From: Patescibacteria group bacterium
GTDB taxonomy: Bacteria > Patescibacteriota > Minisyncoccia > Minisyncoccales > UBA10102
DNA length: 64,000 bases
Reading direction: 5' to 3'
Assembly: GCA_024239055.1 (NCBI GenBank)
Contig: JANBVJ010000001.1
Span: 65,277-129,276, forward strand
The translations under genes were made by a program, and so were the position numbers. Shown here piece after piece: positions 63,040 through 64,000 of the stretch. The notes beneath the pieces were generated by a model. That model was not told the origin of the DNA, did no database searches, and was given only the letters and a program-made list of their open reading frames with translations. How positions within the stretch are numbered: position 1 is the first letter of the stretch; every line of letters starts with the position of its first letter.

Positions 63040-63387
63040 ATGGAAAGAGAAACTCATACAATTGATGCTAAGAACCAGAGCGTAGGACGCCTGGCAGTCA
63101 AGGTTGGTATACTTTTGCGAGGCAAACACAAGCCAGATTACGCACCTCATAAAGATGATGGGGACTTTGTGATTGTACAGAATGTGAAGGATATGCGGAT
63201 TTCCGGAAATAAGCTGGAGCAAAAGACATTCAAGCGCCACTCAGGATACCTTGGTTCCCTGAAAGAAACTCCTTTAAAAGAGTTAATTAAGAAGAATCCT
63301 TTAGAGGTTTTAAGAAAGGCAGTATGGGGTATGATGCCAAAGAATAAATTACGTGCCAATCAGATTAAACGCTTAAAGTCCGAATAG
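63040..63387 (+). CDS. rplM: 50S ribosomal protein L13
   Basis: IDAKNQSVGRLAVKVGILLRGKHKPDYAPH...MMPKNKL. Confidence 0.93.
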   Translation: MERETHTIDAKNQSVGRLAVKVGILLRGKHKPDYAPHKDDGDFVIVQNVKDMRISGNKLEQKTFKRHSGYLGSLKETPLKELIKKNPLEVLRKAVWGMMPKNKLRANQIKRLKSE

Positions 63388-63391
63388 ATTT

Positions 63392-63859
63392 ATGCCAAAA
63401 ACATCTACGACAAAAAAGAAAACTACTAGGAAAAAGGCTCCTGTAAAAAAGACAGTTGCCAAAAAGCCAGAGCGTTTTATAGAAGCAGTGGGAAGGAGAA
63501 AGACTGCGGTAGCCAGAGTGAGAATTACTCCTCAGAAGACCCGGTCCTTTATTGTGAACGCAAAGGGATATCAAGAGTACTTTCAGTCGCAACAGCTTCA
63601 GAACGTTGTAATGGAAGCCTTGGATAAAGCTCATCTTTCCCAAGAGTTTGCGGTTTCTGTTATTACAAAGGGTGGGGGAATGCAGGGGCAAGCTGAAGCC
63701 ACACGTCATGGGATATCACGCGCGTTAATAAAGTTTCAGGAGGATTTGAAAGCTCCATTGAAAGAACTTGGGTTTTTAACACGAGATCCTCGTATGCGAG
63801 AGCGAAAGAAGTTTGGATTAAAGCGTGCACGTCGCGCACGTCAGTGGAGAAAGAGATAG
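63392..63859 (+). CDS. rpsI: 30S ribosomal protein S9 (Lys-rich N-terminal extension)
   Basis: AVGRRKTAVARVRI...GGGMQGQAEATRHGISRAL...RDPRMRERKKFGLKRARRARQWRKR. Confidence 0.93.
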   Translation: MPKTSTTKKKTTRKKAPVKKTVAKKPERFIEAVGRRKTAVARVRITPQKTRSFIVNAKGYQEYFQSQQLQNVVMEALDKAHLSQEFAVSVITKGGGMQGQAEATRHGISRALIKFQEDLKAPLKELGFLTRDPRMRERKKFGLKRARRARQWRKR

Positions 63860-64000
63860 TTTGTTACCTTACCAGGCGTTCGGAAGCTGAAAGCGTGCCT
63901 TTTGATAGTACATAGAGGATGCTTCTTGCTTGCTGGACAAAGAGCTGAGGATTATTAAACTCTCCTAATATAGTTGTATTAACACTGCCCCGGTTGTCTA

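Noticed and set aside
1-64000. Alternative genetic code (UGA recoding, as in some CPR lineages), CRISPR arrays, tRNA or rRNA genes
   Set aside because: TGA terminates well-supported genes at expected lengths (for example 10900-11643, rplO 46108-46548, 53422-53874). No repeat-spacer periodicity or T-loop/acceptor structures were seen in any intergenic gap.

Overview
This is a low-GC, gene-dense window with almost all genes on the + strand and the standard genetic code (TGA ends several well-supported genes). Gene content suggests a Candidate Phyla Radiation / Patescibacteria (Parcubacteria-like) genome. The hints are no L30 gene between rpsE and rplO, Lys-rich extensions on many ribosomal proteins, a truncated RpoA and S4, and many small membrane or DUF-type genes; the taxonomic call is inference. 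The backbone is the str-S10-spc-alpha ribosomal super-operon (rpsL-rpsG-fusA-tuf-rpsJ, then rplC through map, then infA through rpsI), and it is interrupted twice. The more interesting interruption is a ~7.4-kb AT-rich accessory island (30.6-38.0 kb) between rpsJ and rplC. It carries a GIY-YIG/DUF4357-like protein, a DGQHR (DndB/ParB-like) protein, an unknown 285-aa protein, a DPPY adenine methyltransferase and a putative PD-(D/E)XK nuclease. Convergent to these lies a full-length LexA (wHTH, Ala-Gly site, Ser/Lys dyad) fused in frame to a second, beta-class DNA methyltransferase, with a CTGT-N12-ACAG dyad over its promoter. rplC has its own promoter and a terminator-like leader. The second interruption (49.1-60.1 kb, map to infA) holds small orphan ORFs and housekeeping genes. 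The left third encodes thiol-redox functions and an oxidative pentose-phosphate module with a Zwf-Gnd fusion. Other observations are a ~40-nt promoter-like motif recurring six times, widespread leaderless-mRNA geometry, and a secreted protein with a Kazal-like domain. No rRNA, tRNA, CRISPR array, transposase or integrase was recognised.
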